Assembly (NCBI GenBank): GCA_015521705.1
Contig: WANR01000001.1
Span: forward strand, 1 to 24,000
Length of the DNA stretch: 24,000 bases
Direction: 5' to 3'
Source: Desulfurococcales archaeon
Lineage (GTDB): Archaea > Thermoproteota > Thermoprotei_A > Sulfolobales > Acidilobaceae
Part shown: piece after piece, positions 7,467 through 16,552 of the stretch
Numbering within the stretch: the stretch's first letter is position 1
Layout: each line of letters opens with the position of its first letter
The notes under the pieces: model-generated
What the model saw: the letters and a program-made list of their open reading frames with translations, nothing else
Told to the model about the DNA's origin: nothing
Database searches by the model: none
Made by a program: the position numbers and the translations under genes

Positions 7467-9290
7467 ATGATAACGGTGCTGATACTGATCTTTTTAATCC
7501 TAGCCCAAACCATAGAGGGCTACAATGCTACGGCCACAGAGAATAGTACGGTTCCTATAAGGGCTAGAATCAGCGTTCCTGCAGTTACAGAGGACGGGGG
7601 CTCCAGCATAATAAGTGTAGACATCGAACTGGCTGTTCCCGGTAATGGCAGTATTTTGGTGATTTCTGAGGGAGAGATCGACGAGACAACGGAATCTAGC
7701 ATGAAAATGGCTGTAACCACAGGTCTCCTGATGGCCGGTGTCAATTTCATGGAGGTTAACGCGGTGGTCAGGATAAATACTAGGGGCCTAATAGCGGGGC
7801 CCAGTGGTAGTTTCGGTGTAGCGTTAGCAACATACATGCTAGCCTCCGGTTTGAGCCCTTATCTTGTCGAAGGCTATGCGATAACCGGGGCCATATCGCC
7901 TGATGGGCTGGCTTCAAGAGTGGGATCCGTGTCTCTTAAATGCAAGGCTGCTGAGAGTGAGGGCCTCAAACTAATATATCCCCTGGCAAACCTGTCACCA
8001 GCTCTCATAGACGACTGTCCCGGCGGGGTTCCTACGCCGGGCGTCATAAACGCCACCTTAACCTTGACTGGTGCCGGCAAGCTGAATCTATCCATTGAAG
8101 TATCTATGCCTGAAGAGTTCCAGGAGGCTATGAGGGAGGCTGTAGGAAACCTTACCAGAGAACTAGAAGAGCTAGCTGAAAGGGAGGGCCTAGAGATACC
8201 ACCTACAATAGGTTACCTGGTCAACCAAAGCCTTAGACTGAGCAGCGAGCACCCCTACGCCGCCGCCAGCTATGCTTATAGAGCACTGCTAGGACTATAC
8301 ACTATTTATTATGCCATGCTCTTGAATGAGGGAAGCCTTGAACAAGTAGTAGCTGAGGAAACAACACGGCTGGGCTCCGAGCTGTCACGGCTGGAAGCCA
8401 TACTCTCCCGTGGAGAGCCTACTGGTTCTATCTATTACGTTGAAATGAGGGCTACAGCATATACAAGGCTGGCCGAGGCCTATTCCGTGCTACAGAGAGC
8501 CCAGGAGCTAGCATCAATAGAAGCCCCCATCGACGAGATAGCGAGCCTACTAGCCACAGCCCAGGCACGCATTGCCAGTATAGAGTCCTGGATAAACGTT
8601 TCTGAAAGGCTCTCAAATAAAGGCCCGCTAATGGACACGGAGTCTCTTGCAAGGCTTGAAAATGGTCTAAGAGCCTATATCGAGACGTCGGTCGACTACT
8701 CTCTGTCATTGATAAGATACTCTATTAAAAACTATGTACTGCCCGAATTCGTTAAGGCTAACCTACAAGTCTATCTAGACTCAGTAATCGACATTATGGA
8801 GAGAGCCGAGAGCTTTAGAGAGAGAGGAAACCTTGTGGCGTCTATAGGTTTTCTCCGCGAAGCCCTTTCAGAAAGCCTCTCAACCATTTTCACTCTCTCA
8901 GCCACCCAGGGAGGCGAGGGGGTCATTCAGGGCTACCTAGATGAAATAAGAAACATTTATGGCATGTTGCTGGCGCGGGTAGCCTCTAAGGGATACCCCG
9001 GAGGCCTGGCTCCAGCCTATGCAGACTATTCCATGGTTCTGGTAGGAGAGGATCCTAGAGCAGCGGTCGCTCTCATGGAAGAGGCAATCGCCTCTGCCAT
9101 ACTCTGGAATATCCTAGTCGTTACAGCTCTTAGTGGGAAGGAAGCTGCTGGCTCCCTAATAGGTGGCGCGCTGGCTACGAGTATAGAGGATCCTGTATTA
9201 ACGGCCGTGATAGCTATGGTATCGTACTCTATAGGCGTCATAGCTTCTACCCTAATAGCTAGGCTCGCTAGGAGGGGTAGATCGCTATAG
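7467..9290 (+). CDS. Exported membrane-anchored protein: N-terminal Lon-protease-like (S16) domain, long helical domain, C-terminal TM anchor
   Basis: The signal/anchor is MITVLILIFLILAQTIEG. The Lon_C-like motifs are LIAGPSGSFGVALA (Ser, nt 7803-7805) and ITGAISPDGLASRVGSVSLKCKAAESEGLKLIYPLAN (Lys). The C-terminal TM is VIAMVSYSIGVIASTLIA. Many N-x-S/T sequons are present. The track ORF starts at GTG 7422, but the TATA-like TCTATTAAAG (~7404-7413) favours ATG 7467. Confidence 0.7.
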   Translation: MITVLILIFLILAQTIEGYNATATENSTVPIRARISVPAVTEDGGSSIISVDIELAVPGNGSILVISEGEIDETTESSMKMAVTTGLLMAGVNFMEVNAVVRINTRGLIAGPSGSFGVALATYMLASGLSPYLVEGYAITGAISPDGLASRVGSVSLKCKAAESEGLKLIYPLANLSPALIDDCPGGVPTPGVINATLTLTGAGKLNLSIEVSMPEEFQEAMREAVGNLTRELEELAEREGLEIPPTIGYLVNQSLRLSSEHPYAAASYAYRALLGLYTIYYAMLLNEGSLEQVVAEETTRLGSELSRLEAILSRGEPTGSIYYVEMRATAYTRLAEAYSVLQRAQELASIEAPIDEIASLLATAQARIASIESWINVSERLSNKGPLMDTESLARLENGLRAYIETSVDYSLSLIRYSIKNYVLPEFVKANLQVYLDSVIDIMERAESFRERGNLVASIGFLREALSESLSTIFTLSATQGGEGVIQGYLDEIRNIYGMLLARVASKGYPGGLAPAYADYSMVLVGEDPRAAVALMEEAIASAILWNILVVTALSGKEAAGSLIGGALATSIEDPVLTAVIAMVSYSIGVIASTLIARLARRGRSL

Positions 9291-10911
9291 TTTCCGAGGT
9301 CTCGAGGGCCACGCCGAGCACGTAGTCTATGAGTTCGGACGACACCATTATACTTACGCCTGATATTAACAGGAGAACTGAGAAGTAGAAGAAGAAAGAC
9401 GTGCGGGTTCCAGGCATAACCCTGACTATGGCTAAGCTATTAAGTACGCTGGCAACAGCTATGAGGATTATGGACATGGTTACAAGATAAGGGGAGTCTA
9501 TAGCCTGGAAGGGGAACACGCTTATAACCTCCTCTGGTGCTTGTTCCATGATGTTTTGTAGTATGGAGGAGAACGCCAGCATTAGTTTAGAAATGAATAC
9601 AAGGATTATGACTACAGCCGCGTGCATAAGGTATAGCGTGGACTCGAACGTTTTGGCTACCTGCAACCTCTGCTTTCTCAGCCTTACCATTTCATTGTGG
9701 TGGTCTGAAAGCATTATACCCACCTTCTCAGGATCCCCGCCGTTCTTTAATGAATCAATGAATATGGTGACAGCCCTGCGCACTAGCTCGCTACCCGTCT
9801 CGGCTGCGAAGAGCCTCCATGCAGCTTCAGGCTTTAGACTATTGGCTAGTCTAGAGTATAATCTCCTGAGATAGGTGGCCAGCTTTCCCAGCTGGCTGAT
9901 AAGTAGGGGCTCTAGGGCTTTAACCATGTCTGGCAGTGTCGCTAGGTGCGTACCAAAGCTCCTAATGAATATAGGGAAGAAGTCGTCCACATTGTTTATA
10001 CTAGCCTCCACCCTTTTAGCCATGATCCCCAGGGGGAGCAATATTATTCCTGAAATGAGGAGGCCCCTGGCAGCCTCTTCGAAGGAGTCATTATACTTCA
10101 GCAGGTATAGGGAGCTTATCAGGGAGGCTAGGGCCAGGCCGGCAATGCCTGTTATGGAAAGAGCCTTGTATTTAAACAGCCTGGGCGATCCATAAAACTC
10201 GAAGGGCTCCCTGCCAACTAGCATGTAGAGCAGCGTTAGCATGCCGACAAGAGCTACCCCAACACCCATATATGAGGACGCTATTATGGCTAAGTTGCCC
10301 CCAAAGAAGAAGGCCATAAGCATGAAAGTAACAAGCACAAATATTAGCGAGCCAAGAATAGTCACGTATATTCCCATGAAGACCCTGGCAGTGTTCGTCA
10401 TCCTGTGATAGGCGTTTACATACTCGCTCATTAGAGTCCTATACTCTCTTTCCAGAAAAGTCTCTACATCCTCGCCGACAGCTAGAACCCCCGACATTCT
10501 CGAAAGCAGATTCTTCAGCACCAGGTTGTCGGCCTTGGATCCTACTATTCTGGTTGCCTGGGAGAAGCTATAGCCCCACTCCTTTCCGAGCCCGTATATC
10601 TTCCTCATGTAACGCGAATATGCCGGGTAGTTCTTCAGGTTCTTCGACACAGACTCGAAAAGTGCCGAGACTGGAGGCTTACCAGTTGCAACGCTTCTCA
10701 TGTGGAGGAGCATGTAGAGAAGGTCGTGGTCTATTATGGCCATGCTTCTCCGCACAAGAATCCTCCCTACCCCAAACCACAATATGACGAGGGTCGACGA
10801 GGCTGCCGCCATTACGGAGAGCGGGGGCTTTAAGAGTAGCAATAGTGCAGCAGCTAGCGTGGCTGATAACGACGCTGAGACCACGGCTCTTAGAGTCAGC
10901 CTGTCTTCCAC
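9268..10911 (-). CDS. arlJ: Archaellum polytopic membrane platform protein ArlJ (FlaJ)
   Basis: A 547 aa multi-TM protein with two cytoplasmic helical domains (T2SS-F-like), immediately after arlI. The GTG start is preceded by AGGTGA, which spans the arlI stop. Confidence 0.85.
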   Translation of the reverse strand: MEDRLTLRAVVSASLSATLAAALLLLLKPPLSVMAAASSTLVILWFGVGRILVRRSMAIIDHDLLYMLLHMRSVATGKPPVSALFESVSKNLKNYPAYSRYMRKIYGLGKEWGYSFSQATRIVGSKADNLVLKNLLSRMSGVLAVGEDVETFLEREYRTLMSEYVNAYHRMTNTARVFMGIYVTILGSLIFVLVTFMLMAFFFGGNLAIIASSYMGVGVALVGMLTLLYMLVGREPFEFYGSPRLFKYKALSITGIAGLALASLISSLYLLKYNDSFEEAARGLLISGIILLPLGIMAKRVEASINNVDDFFPIFIRSFGTHLATLPDMVKALEPLLISQLGKLATYLRRLYSRLANSLKPEAAWRLFAAETGSELVRRAVTIFIDSLKNGGDPEKVGIMLSDHHNEMVRLRKQRLQVAKTFESTLYLMHAAVVIILVFISKLMLAFSSILQNIMEQAPEEVISVFPFQAIDSPYLVTMSIILIAVASVLNSLAIVRVMPGTRTSFFFYFSVLLLISGVSIMVSSELIDYVLGVALETSETIAIYPS

Positions 10912-10921
10912 GAGTGGTCAC

Positions 10922-13900
10922 CTACAAAAGCCTGTCCTGCTGTAGCAGCCTGTAGGCTTCCTCTACCCCTATACTATACGCCTTCACTATGGCCTTGTAC
11001 ACATCGAAGTAGTCCAGCACACCCTTGCCAGCTAATAGCTTGAGGAACCTGGCACGCAAGTCTAGCTCCTCGTAAATCTCTCCGATTCTACGCCTCGGTA
11101 TGCCCCTCATCACAGCTATCTTCTCCTCTAGGAGGTAACTAGAGCCCCTGCCAGAGAACATGAACCTGTCAGTCACAGGATCCCATGTGAATACCGGGAC
11201 TGCAGCTATAGCGCCTGAGTCGGGATCGTAGCCTATTATCTCGTTTATGCTTAGAACCCTCCTAGCAGGGAAGCCCTTCACGTAAACAGCGCTCTGGAAC
11301 CACGCAATGTTCAAATTGTCAATGTTTGTCTTGGGCACGTTTATAGGGTGATTCGTTAGCCTCTGGATCAGTCTCTCGAGATTGGCGGCGTGAAACGTGG
11401 CCATTACAGGGTGACCTGTCTGCATCGCCTGGAACGCGATGTTCCCCTCAGCCCCTCTTATCTCACCTACTATTATGTAGTTGGGCCTCTGCCTGAGAGC
11501 GGCTCTTAGGAGGTCAAACATTGTCACACTACTCTCTGCTTTACCAGTGTCCCTGGTGAGTTCTCTAGTCCAGTTGGGGTGAGGTAGCACAACTTCAGCC
11601 GTGTCTTCTATGGTGACGATCTTGGCCGTGGGCCGTATAAAGGCGGAGATGGCGTTCAAAGACGTTGTTTTACCGCTTGCAGTATTATGAGCCAAAACAC
11701 CCCCCAGGCCTGCTACAAAGTTCTCGGTGCCTGGTACTGAAAGATCATAGACATACCTAACCCTCTCGCAGCAGGGCTTAACCTCTATTACTTCGTCTAG
11801 AAACACATCGCCTAATTCTTCGGGTTCTGCCCTGGCAGCATACGCTTCTACAACTAGAAGCCCCATGCCACCTGCATGGTGCTGATAGTGATTCTCGCTA
11901 GCTGCTGGGGCGAGGGATCTGCTTTGGCCCCTAACGGCCTCGCACAGTTTCTTGCTGGTCTTACAGAAGAGATCCGACGACTTTCCAGCAGCTGAGACTA
12001 GCTTATTAAGATCCCTAAGCTTGATCTCAAGAAAACTCTCTCTTCCAGGCTTTCCAAGCTCTATAATAGTTACTATGCCAAGCGCGTGTAATAGCAAGGG
12101 AAGCCCATGGAGTAGTGAACGAGAGCCAATGCCTAGCTTTACAACATCGCCTACTACTTCTACATGCTTGGAGCCAGCTATGAATCCCAGCAGGAAAGAG
12201 GCTATCTTGCTCTCTTTGAGGCCAAAAATAAAACCGGGAAGCCTCCTATAGTGCTCCTCGTTGGCTATTCCTAGGGCCTCGATTATTGAAGCGAAAACTT
12301 TGGACTTCACCACTATCCTGTGACTTCTACCATTTAGACGCCTGGCTTCTACCCCGTAAATCCTTCTAATGAGGTTAGAAACAATGTCGGATCCTTCCAG
12401 GTTTTTCGGCGAGAGCCAAACACTATTCATGGACTCCGACACATTAGCGTTTGCCATTAAAAACCCTAGAAGAAAAGCAAATTCATGATCCACCTTTATG
12501 ATAGGCCGGATCCTAACCTTTGCTTTCCAAGAAGTCAGTCTTCCCCCTACAATAGAGAACCCGATATTTTCTGGGCCCCCTATGCCAACTGCTTGTCCGC
12601 AACCTTCAGCTCCTCCATCCCTGTCTCTAAATAGGTCAGACAAGTCCAGCGAGTCCATATCACTGAATCCTGACGGCGTCCTAAGCGGCACTATTATTTT
12701 GTCGCCAGGCCTAAGCTTTTCCACGCTTATAGGGGCTATGCTGCCTCCGCGGACTGTGAATAAGCTGTGGTCGCCTGTGACCCTGATCCTTCTACCAGTC
12801 CTTGTTACTACCTCATAGATCCCGGAGAAAGGCTTATGCCTGATGAAGCCTCTTATAGGCCTGAAAACGAACTTGAAGGTTTTAGGGTCTAGGGTCAAGG
12901 CATCGTACTCCCAATACTTATCTTCAAGCTCTTCAATCCTAAGTATCTCCAAGAACCCTGTCTTCCTGTTCCTGACAATTACGGGCTCTCCCTCAGCTAT
13001 GCTCTCGCCGCAGATGAAAACACTCATACCCTCACTGAGCATCATCCACATATATGCCGCTATAACGTGGTCGAAGGTGCCCCACTTTATTAGCTGGGTT
13101 AGGCTGACAGGCACCTTAGATACTTTCCTGATGGTGAAGTTGGATCCTCTTAGACTCACATCGGAGCCGAAAACGATGTTTATCCTGCTACCGTCTGGCA
13201 GGGTGGCGTCAACTATGGGCCTGGCTCTTGTCAGTGGTTTCCCTATTTTCTCTCCCAGCTTTATTATGAACTCGTCCAACTCCCTCTCGCTAGAGAAGCC
13301 TACATTGGACTCCATAGAGCCGAACATTTTATGGACAACGTAGATCGGGCCTATCCCATTAGCAGTTATATCCTCAAGATAGGGATCCCTCAGGAAGGGC
13401 TCGAGAAGCCCGACGCCTACCTTGTCTCTTATAATGTGATACTTTAGGTAGTCGAGATCCCTTTTGCCGACTATGACCCTTAGCCCCTTAGTTCTCGGCT
13501 TCGAATAGTCGACATTCTTGTCAGTCGGCAATACAACGCTAGATAAGGCCTCTAGTAGTATATACTTTTTCTCCTCGCTAGATGATGGGACCTCCTCTCT
13601 TATAGCGAATGGTAGTAACTCCTCTATTATGTCTAGCAGGCTCTTGGGAGGCCTGGGCGGTTCTATAACTATATACCTGCTATACCCCGACTCCCCCCTC
13701 TTACTAAGTGCATGTATGAATATGCCAGAGCCTACAGGGTAAACTATGTTGAAGCTCTTAGCATTCTTCATGGCAGAAGGTATTTTTTCTACAAGCTCCG
13801 GCCTTTCACCCATCTCCTCTTCTACCTTCTTCATGTATTCTTTCAAGTAGTGGGGCTCCTTGCCAAAATCCGGAGGTTCTTCCCTCTTTCTCGACCTAGC

Positions 13901-13936
13901 CCTTTTACCTCTCCTCACGGAGATGCCGAGAGCCAC
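10922..13936 (-). CDS. arlI: Archaellum motor ATPase ArlI (FlaI), interrupted by an intein in the Walker A loop
   Basis: Exteins carry IEPPRP, DPYLEDI, RPIVDATLPDGSRINIVFG, FICGE|TASGKTTSLNAI, RQRPNYIIVGEIRG and GHPVMATFHA. The track ORF starts at GTG 13945. That GTG lies inside a perfect SD, GGAGGTGAT, so GTG 13936 is the more likely start. Confidence 0.93.
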   Translation of the reverse strand: MALGISVRRGKRARSRKREEPPDFGKEPHYLKEYMKKVEEEMGERPELVEKIPSAMKNAKSFNIVYPVGSGIFIHALSKRGESGYSRYIVIEPPRPPKSLLDIIEELLPFAIREEVPSSSEEKKYILLEALSSVVLPTDKNVDYSKPRTKGLRVIVGKRDLDYLKYHIIRDKVGVGLLEPFLRDPYLEDITANGIGPIYVVHKMFGSMESNVGFSSERELDEFIIKLGEKIGKPLTRARPIVDATLPDGSRINIVFGSDVSLRGSNFTIRKVSKVPVSLTQLIKWGTFDHVIAAYMWMMLSEGMSVFICGESIAEGEPVIVRNRKTGFLEILRIEELEDKYWEYDALTLDPKTFKFVFRPIRGFIRHKPFSGIYEVVTRTGRRIRVTGDHSLFTVRGGSIAPISVEKLRPGDKIIVPLRTPSGFSDMDSLDLSDLFRDRDGGAEGCGQAVGIGGPENIGFSIVGGRLTSWKAKVRIRPIIKVDHEFAFLLGFLMANANVSESMNSVWLSPKNLEGSDIVSNLIRRIYGVEARRLNGRSHRIVVKSKVFASIIEALGIANEEHYRRLPGFIFGLKESKIASFLLGFIAGSKHVEVVGDVVKLGIGSRSLLHGLPLLLHALGIVTIIELGKPGRESFLEIKLRDLNKLVSAAGKSSDLFCKTSKKLCEAVRGQSRSLAPAASENHYQHHAGGMGLLVVEAYAARAEPEELGDVFLDEVIEVKPCCERVRYVYDLSVPGTENFVAGLGGVLAHNTASGKTTSLNAISAFIRPTAKIVTIEDTAEVVLPHPNWTRELTRDTGKAESSVTMFDLLRAALRQRPNYIIVGEIRGAEGNIAFQAMQTGHPVMATFHAANLERLIQRLTNHPINVPKTNIDNLNIAWFQSAVYVKGFPARRVLSINEIIGYDPDSGAIAAVPVFTWDPVTDRFMFSGRGSSYLLEEKIAVMRGIPRRRIGEIYEELDLRARFLKLLAGKGVLDYFDVYKAIVKAYSIGVEEAYRLLQQDRLL
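11684..13003 (-). mobile_element. Intein (440 aa, Ser1 ... His-Asn / Thr+1) with a LAGLIDADG-like endonuclease domain, inserted in the arlI P-loop
   Basis: Covers aa 315-754 of the ORF. Block A is SIAEGEPVIV, block B VTGDHSLF, block F VYDLSVPGTENFVAG and block G GGVLAHN, followed by T. The C-terminal boundary codons were checked on the sequence (att=Asn at 11684-11686, agt=Thr at 11681-11683). The N-terminal boundary was derived from the ORF frame. Confidence 0.9.
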
Positions 13937-13948
13937 AAGTATCACCTC

Positions 13949-14686
13949 CTAAGCCCGCGCCAGCGCTATGGGGACAATCTTAATGCCGAAGGCAGGGTCT
14001 ACATCGTACGTTATTGTAGACTCGAAGGAGGTAGGGGCACCTTTTAGCTTGATTATCTTCATGACCTTGACGCTTTTACCGCCAACGACGGCCGTGGAGA
14101 GCGAGATATAACCATCGCATATAGCGCGGGCCCGAGTTACGAGATCCTCTCTCACAATGTTGGGGTGTATGGTAAGTATCACGGATTTTCCTCTATCCAC
14201 AAGTATCCTTGTCCTGTTGAAGTAGTTCATAACGTTAGATGGAGTAGCGTAGATCGCTAGATGGCTCAGCGAGTCTACCACAAAGACGTCGTAAGAGTCT
14301 ACAGCTTCAAACATGTAATTTCCCAGGATAGAAAGGAGCTTCGAAACGTGCTCTTTCACCCATTTAGCCCCGGGAAGCTGTAGAGAGTAAACCGTGAGGT
14401 ACCCCTTCACGTAGTAAGTCGACAAGTCTACCCCGGCCGACCTAGACTTCTCAACGTACCCCCTAGCAGTTAGCTCGCTCGTTACAACAAGGACCCGGAG
14501 CTCGCTGACCAGAGCCCCATAGACTAACTGCTGTGCAAGCACTGTCTTTCCAGTGCCGTGGATCCCCTCTATTATTATGAGTGATGGGTGGGGTATTCCT
14601 CCTCCAAGCTTCATGTCAAGCTCCTCGTTACCTGTCGTTATGAGCCTTCTCCTATCCCCATTACTGGGCCCTGCCTGGTGAGCCAT
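13949..14686 (-). CDS. arlH: Archaellum KaiC-like ATP-binding protein ArlH (FlaH)
   Basis: ITTGNEELDMKLGGGIPHPSLIIIEGIHGTGKTVLAQQ (Walker A) and FVVDSLSHL. ATG 14686 is preceded by GGGGGTG. The track ORF starts at TTG 14701. Confidence 0.9.
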   Translation of the reverse strand: MAHQAGPSNGDRRRLITTGNEELDMKLGGGIPHPSLIIIEGIHGTGKTVLAQQLVYGALVSELRVLVVTSELTARGYVEKSRSAGVDLSTYYVKGYLTVYSLQLPGAKWVKEHVSKLLSILGNYMFEAVDSYDVFVVDSLSHLAIYATPSNVMNYFNRTRILVDRGKSVILTIHPNIVREDLVTRARAICDGYISLSTAVVGGKSVKVMKIIKLKGAPTSFESTITYDVDPAFGIKIVPIALARA

Positions 14687-14688
14687 CT

Positions 14689-15192
14689 CTAGCACCCCCA
14701 AAGCCTGTAGTAAGCCTTACCTCCCCCACTATCGACGAAGATGAAAGTTATGGGAGCCCCCACATCCGCGGGAGGGCTTAGAGCTCCTTTGATGACGGCT
14801 ACCTCTCCAGGATATATGCTACCGTAGGGTTGAAGAACGGCCCCATTGGCTATCATAGCTACTAGGCTCCAATCTTTATCATGATACAGGATCACGGTTA
14901 CGTTACTGCCCGTAACATTGTCCTTATATGAGGCTATTATCTCGCTGGCGTTAAAGTCCCAGAGTACGCCAGGACCCCTGTTCTCTAGGTGTAAATAGAA
15001 GGCGTCGCCCGCACAGGTAACGTTGGCATAGATTATTGATAGAAGGGCCCCATAATAGGGTCTCTCAACAGCTTCTATAGCACTGACAGCAGTGTTATAG
15101 AGAAGCTCCGCCATGACCCCTGAAAGGACCGAGACAGCTATGATCAGTGCAACGGCCACGAAGCCTGAAGAGATCACAACGCTAAACCCCAA
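14689..15192 (-). CDS. arlF: Archaellum stator/S-layer-binding component, ArlF (FlaF)-like
   Basis: An N-terminal hydrophobic helix (GFVAVALIIAVSVLSGV) is followed by a beta-rich domain. Its position between arlG and arlH matches the crenarchaeal order B-X-G-F-H-I-J. The F versus G assignment rests on synteny only. Confidence 0.6.
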   Translation of the reverse strand: MGFSVVISSGFVAVALIIAVSVLSGVMAELLYNTAVSAIEAVERPYYGALLSIIYANVTCAGDAFYLHLENRGPGVLWDFNASEIIASYKDNVTGSNVTVILYHDKDWSLVAMIANGAVLQPYGSIYPGEVAVIKGALSPPADVGAPITFIFVDSGGGKAYYRLWGC

Positions 15193-15206
15193 GGCTACCA
15201 GGCCTC

Positions 15207-15698
15207 CTATGGGAGCGGGTAGACCTCGCGGATCGTGGCCCCTACTGGTAGTATCATTCTGAATTCGACCGGAGAATCTATCCTGGTGCTCGAATAGACG
15301 TGAATGATGAAGGTTTCATCCTTCTCCCAGACCCCGTCTCCATCGCCTTTCTCGGTGTAGTTCCAGTAGCCAGCCCCTCCAGAAGCGTTGTACTGGAAGA
15401 GGAATAGCTTCCCCCTGTATGTCCCCAGATATACGTCAGAGGACTCTATGGAGGTAACGCTGGCTGAGCCCACGTTTTTGATGTAAATACTATACTCGTA
15501 AACATTGCCAACAACCCTCTCTTCCATATAAGCGACGACCAACTGGACTCTTAGAGCATCTGTTTTGATGCTCAGAACCTCGGAGAGAGTACTACTTATG
15601 TCGTAGACTCTAAGTAAAACAACAACCGAAAAGGTGGCGGCCAAGCTCACGGCTACTATTGTTAGTAGCGCGTGAGCTATGACTGTCGTTTCTCCCAA
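15207..15698 (-). CDS. arlG: Archaellum component ArlG (FlaG)-like
   Basis: An N-terminal helix (VIAHALLTIVAVSLAATFSVVVLL) is followed by a beta-rich domain. It follows the arlX-like gene and overlaps it by 22 nt. The assignment rests on synteny. Confidence 0.6.
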   Translation of the reverse strand: MGETTVIAHALLTIVAVSLAATFSVVVLLRVYDISSTLSEVLSIKTDALRVQLVVAYMEERVVGNVYEYSIYIKNVGSASVTSIESSDVYLGTYRGKLFLFQYNASGGAGYWNYTEKGDGDGVWEKDETFIIHVYSSTRIDSPVEFRMILPVGATIREVYPLP

Positions 15699-16552
15699 TC
15701 CTCTCCACCGTCGAGCATGTCAAGGATATAGCCCATCGCCTCCTCCTCTAGTGAACCGTCACGTACGCCTGAAGCCTTGGCCAAGGCGTAGAGCAGGATT
15801 AGCTGTTTTTCTGGGGGGATCCCGGACTCGCGAGCCTTCTCTACTAAGTCTGCCACCTTCAGCATAACATCCTTAAGATCACCCGGTATAAGTCCAACTC
15901 TGTCAAGGATCTCTATCATGGCATCGAGGTTCTCTTTTGGCGCTTTTTTCCTGACCAAATACATGACCCTTATCAGCCGGGGCAGGTTAATCCTCAACTT
16001 CCCGCCATCAACACTAGCTTGCAGGGCATTATGCCTCTTGCGATCTCTAGCCGTTTCTGGGTAATAGTGCAGGGCCCCGGCCTCGACGCTCTCATGGTCT
16101 CCCAGCCCAGCCGCTCTTGCCTCAGGCTTACTGTATCCCCCTTTGTTTTCTTTCGCCTGCTCTCTTACCTGGGCTTTAGCCTCACCAGCTGGCTGGGCTA
16201 CTATCGAGTGTAAAGGGTGGGGTGATATGTTTTGGGAGGCGCTTAGGGGTATTAATGGCTCTGAGGAGCTAGACTCCTCGTCTTCCTCCTTGCCTGGCTT
16301 GCGCATAACGTTAAACGGGTTATTTATCTCGCTAAGGGCCGACCTAAGCTCTATTATGCTTTCTCTGAGGGCTTCAACCAAGTCCTTTAATTCTCTTAGC
16401 TCACTACTTGTAGGCGTCTCCTGCTTTTCTTCCCTGACTTCCTGTTCTTGAGACACTACTTGGACACCTCCCTCCCTACTACCCTTCATAAGTGGAAGGA
16501 CAAGGACTCGGCATATCGGGCAGTTGCATGGCCACTCGCCATGAGCCCTCAA
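15677..16552 (-). CDS. arlX: ArlX (FlaX)-like coiled-coil archaellum scaffold protein; no TM segment in this ORF
   Basis: The coiled-coil segment is SELRELKDLVEALRESIIELRSALSEINNPFN (FlaC/FlaX-like). An acidic/low-complexity linker follows. The C-terminal helical domain, LPRLIRVMYLVRKKAPKENLDAMIEILDRVGLIPGDLKDVMLKV, is reminiscent of the FlaD/E-type domain. The start is uncertain: TTG 16552 or ATG 16489. Confidence 0.55.
   Translation of the reverse strand: MRAHGEWPCNCPICRVLVLPLMKGSREGGVQVVSQEQEVREEKQETPTSSELRELKDLVEALRESIIELRSALSEINNPFNVMRKPGKEEDEESSSSEPLIPLSASQNISPHPLHSIVAQPAGEAKAQVREQAKENKGGYSKPEARAAGLGDHESVEAGALHYYPETARDRKRHNALQASVDGGKLRINLPRLIRVMYLVRKKAPKENLDAMIEILDRVGLIPGDLKDVMLKVADLVEKARESGIPPEKQLILLYALAKASGVRDGSLEEEAMGYILDMLDGGEDWEKRQS

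Noticed and set aside
16489-16552. C-x-C-x2-C motif (HGEWPCNCPICRV) at the extreme N-terminus of the arlX-like track ORF, as a possible zinc finger
   Set aside because: It lies between the speculative TTG start and the first ATG (16489). It has only three Cys and may not be translated at all.
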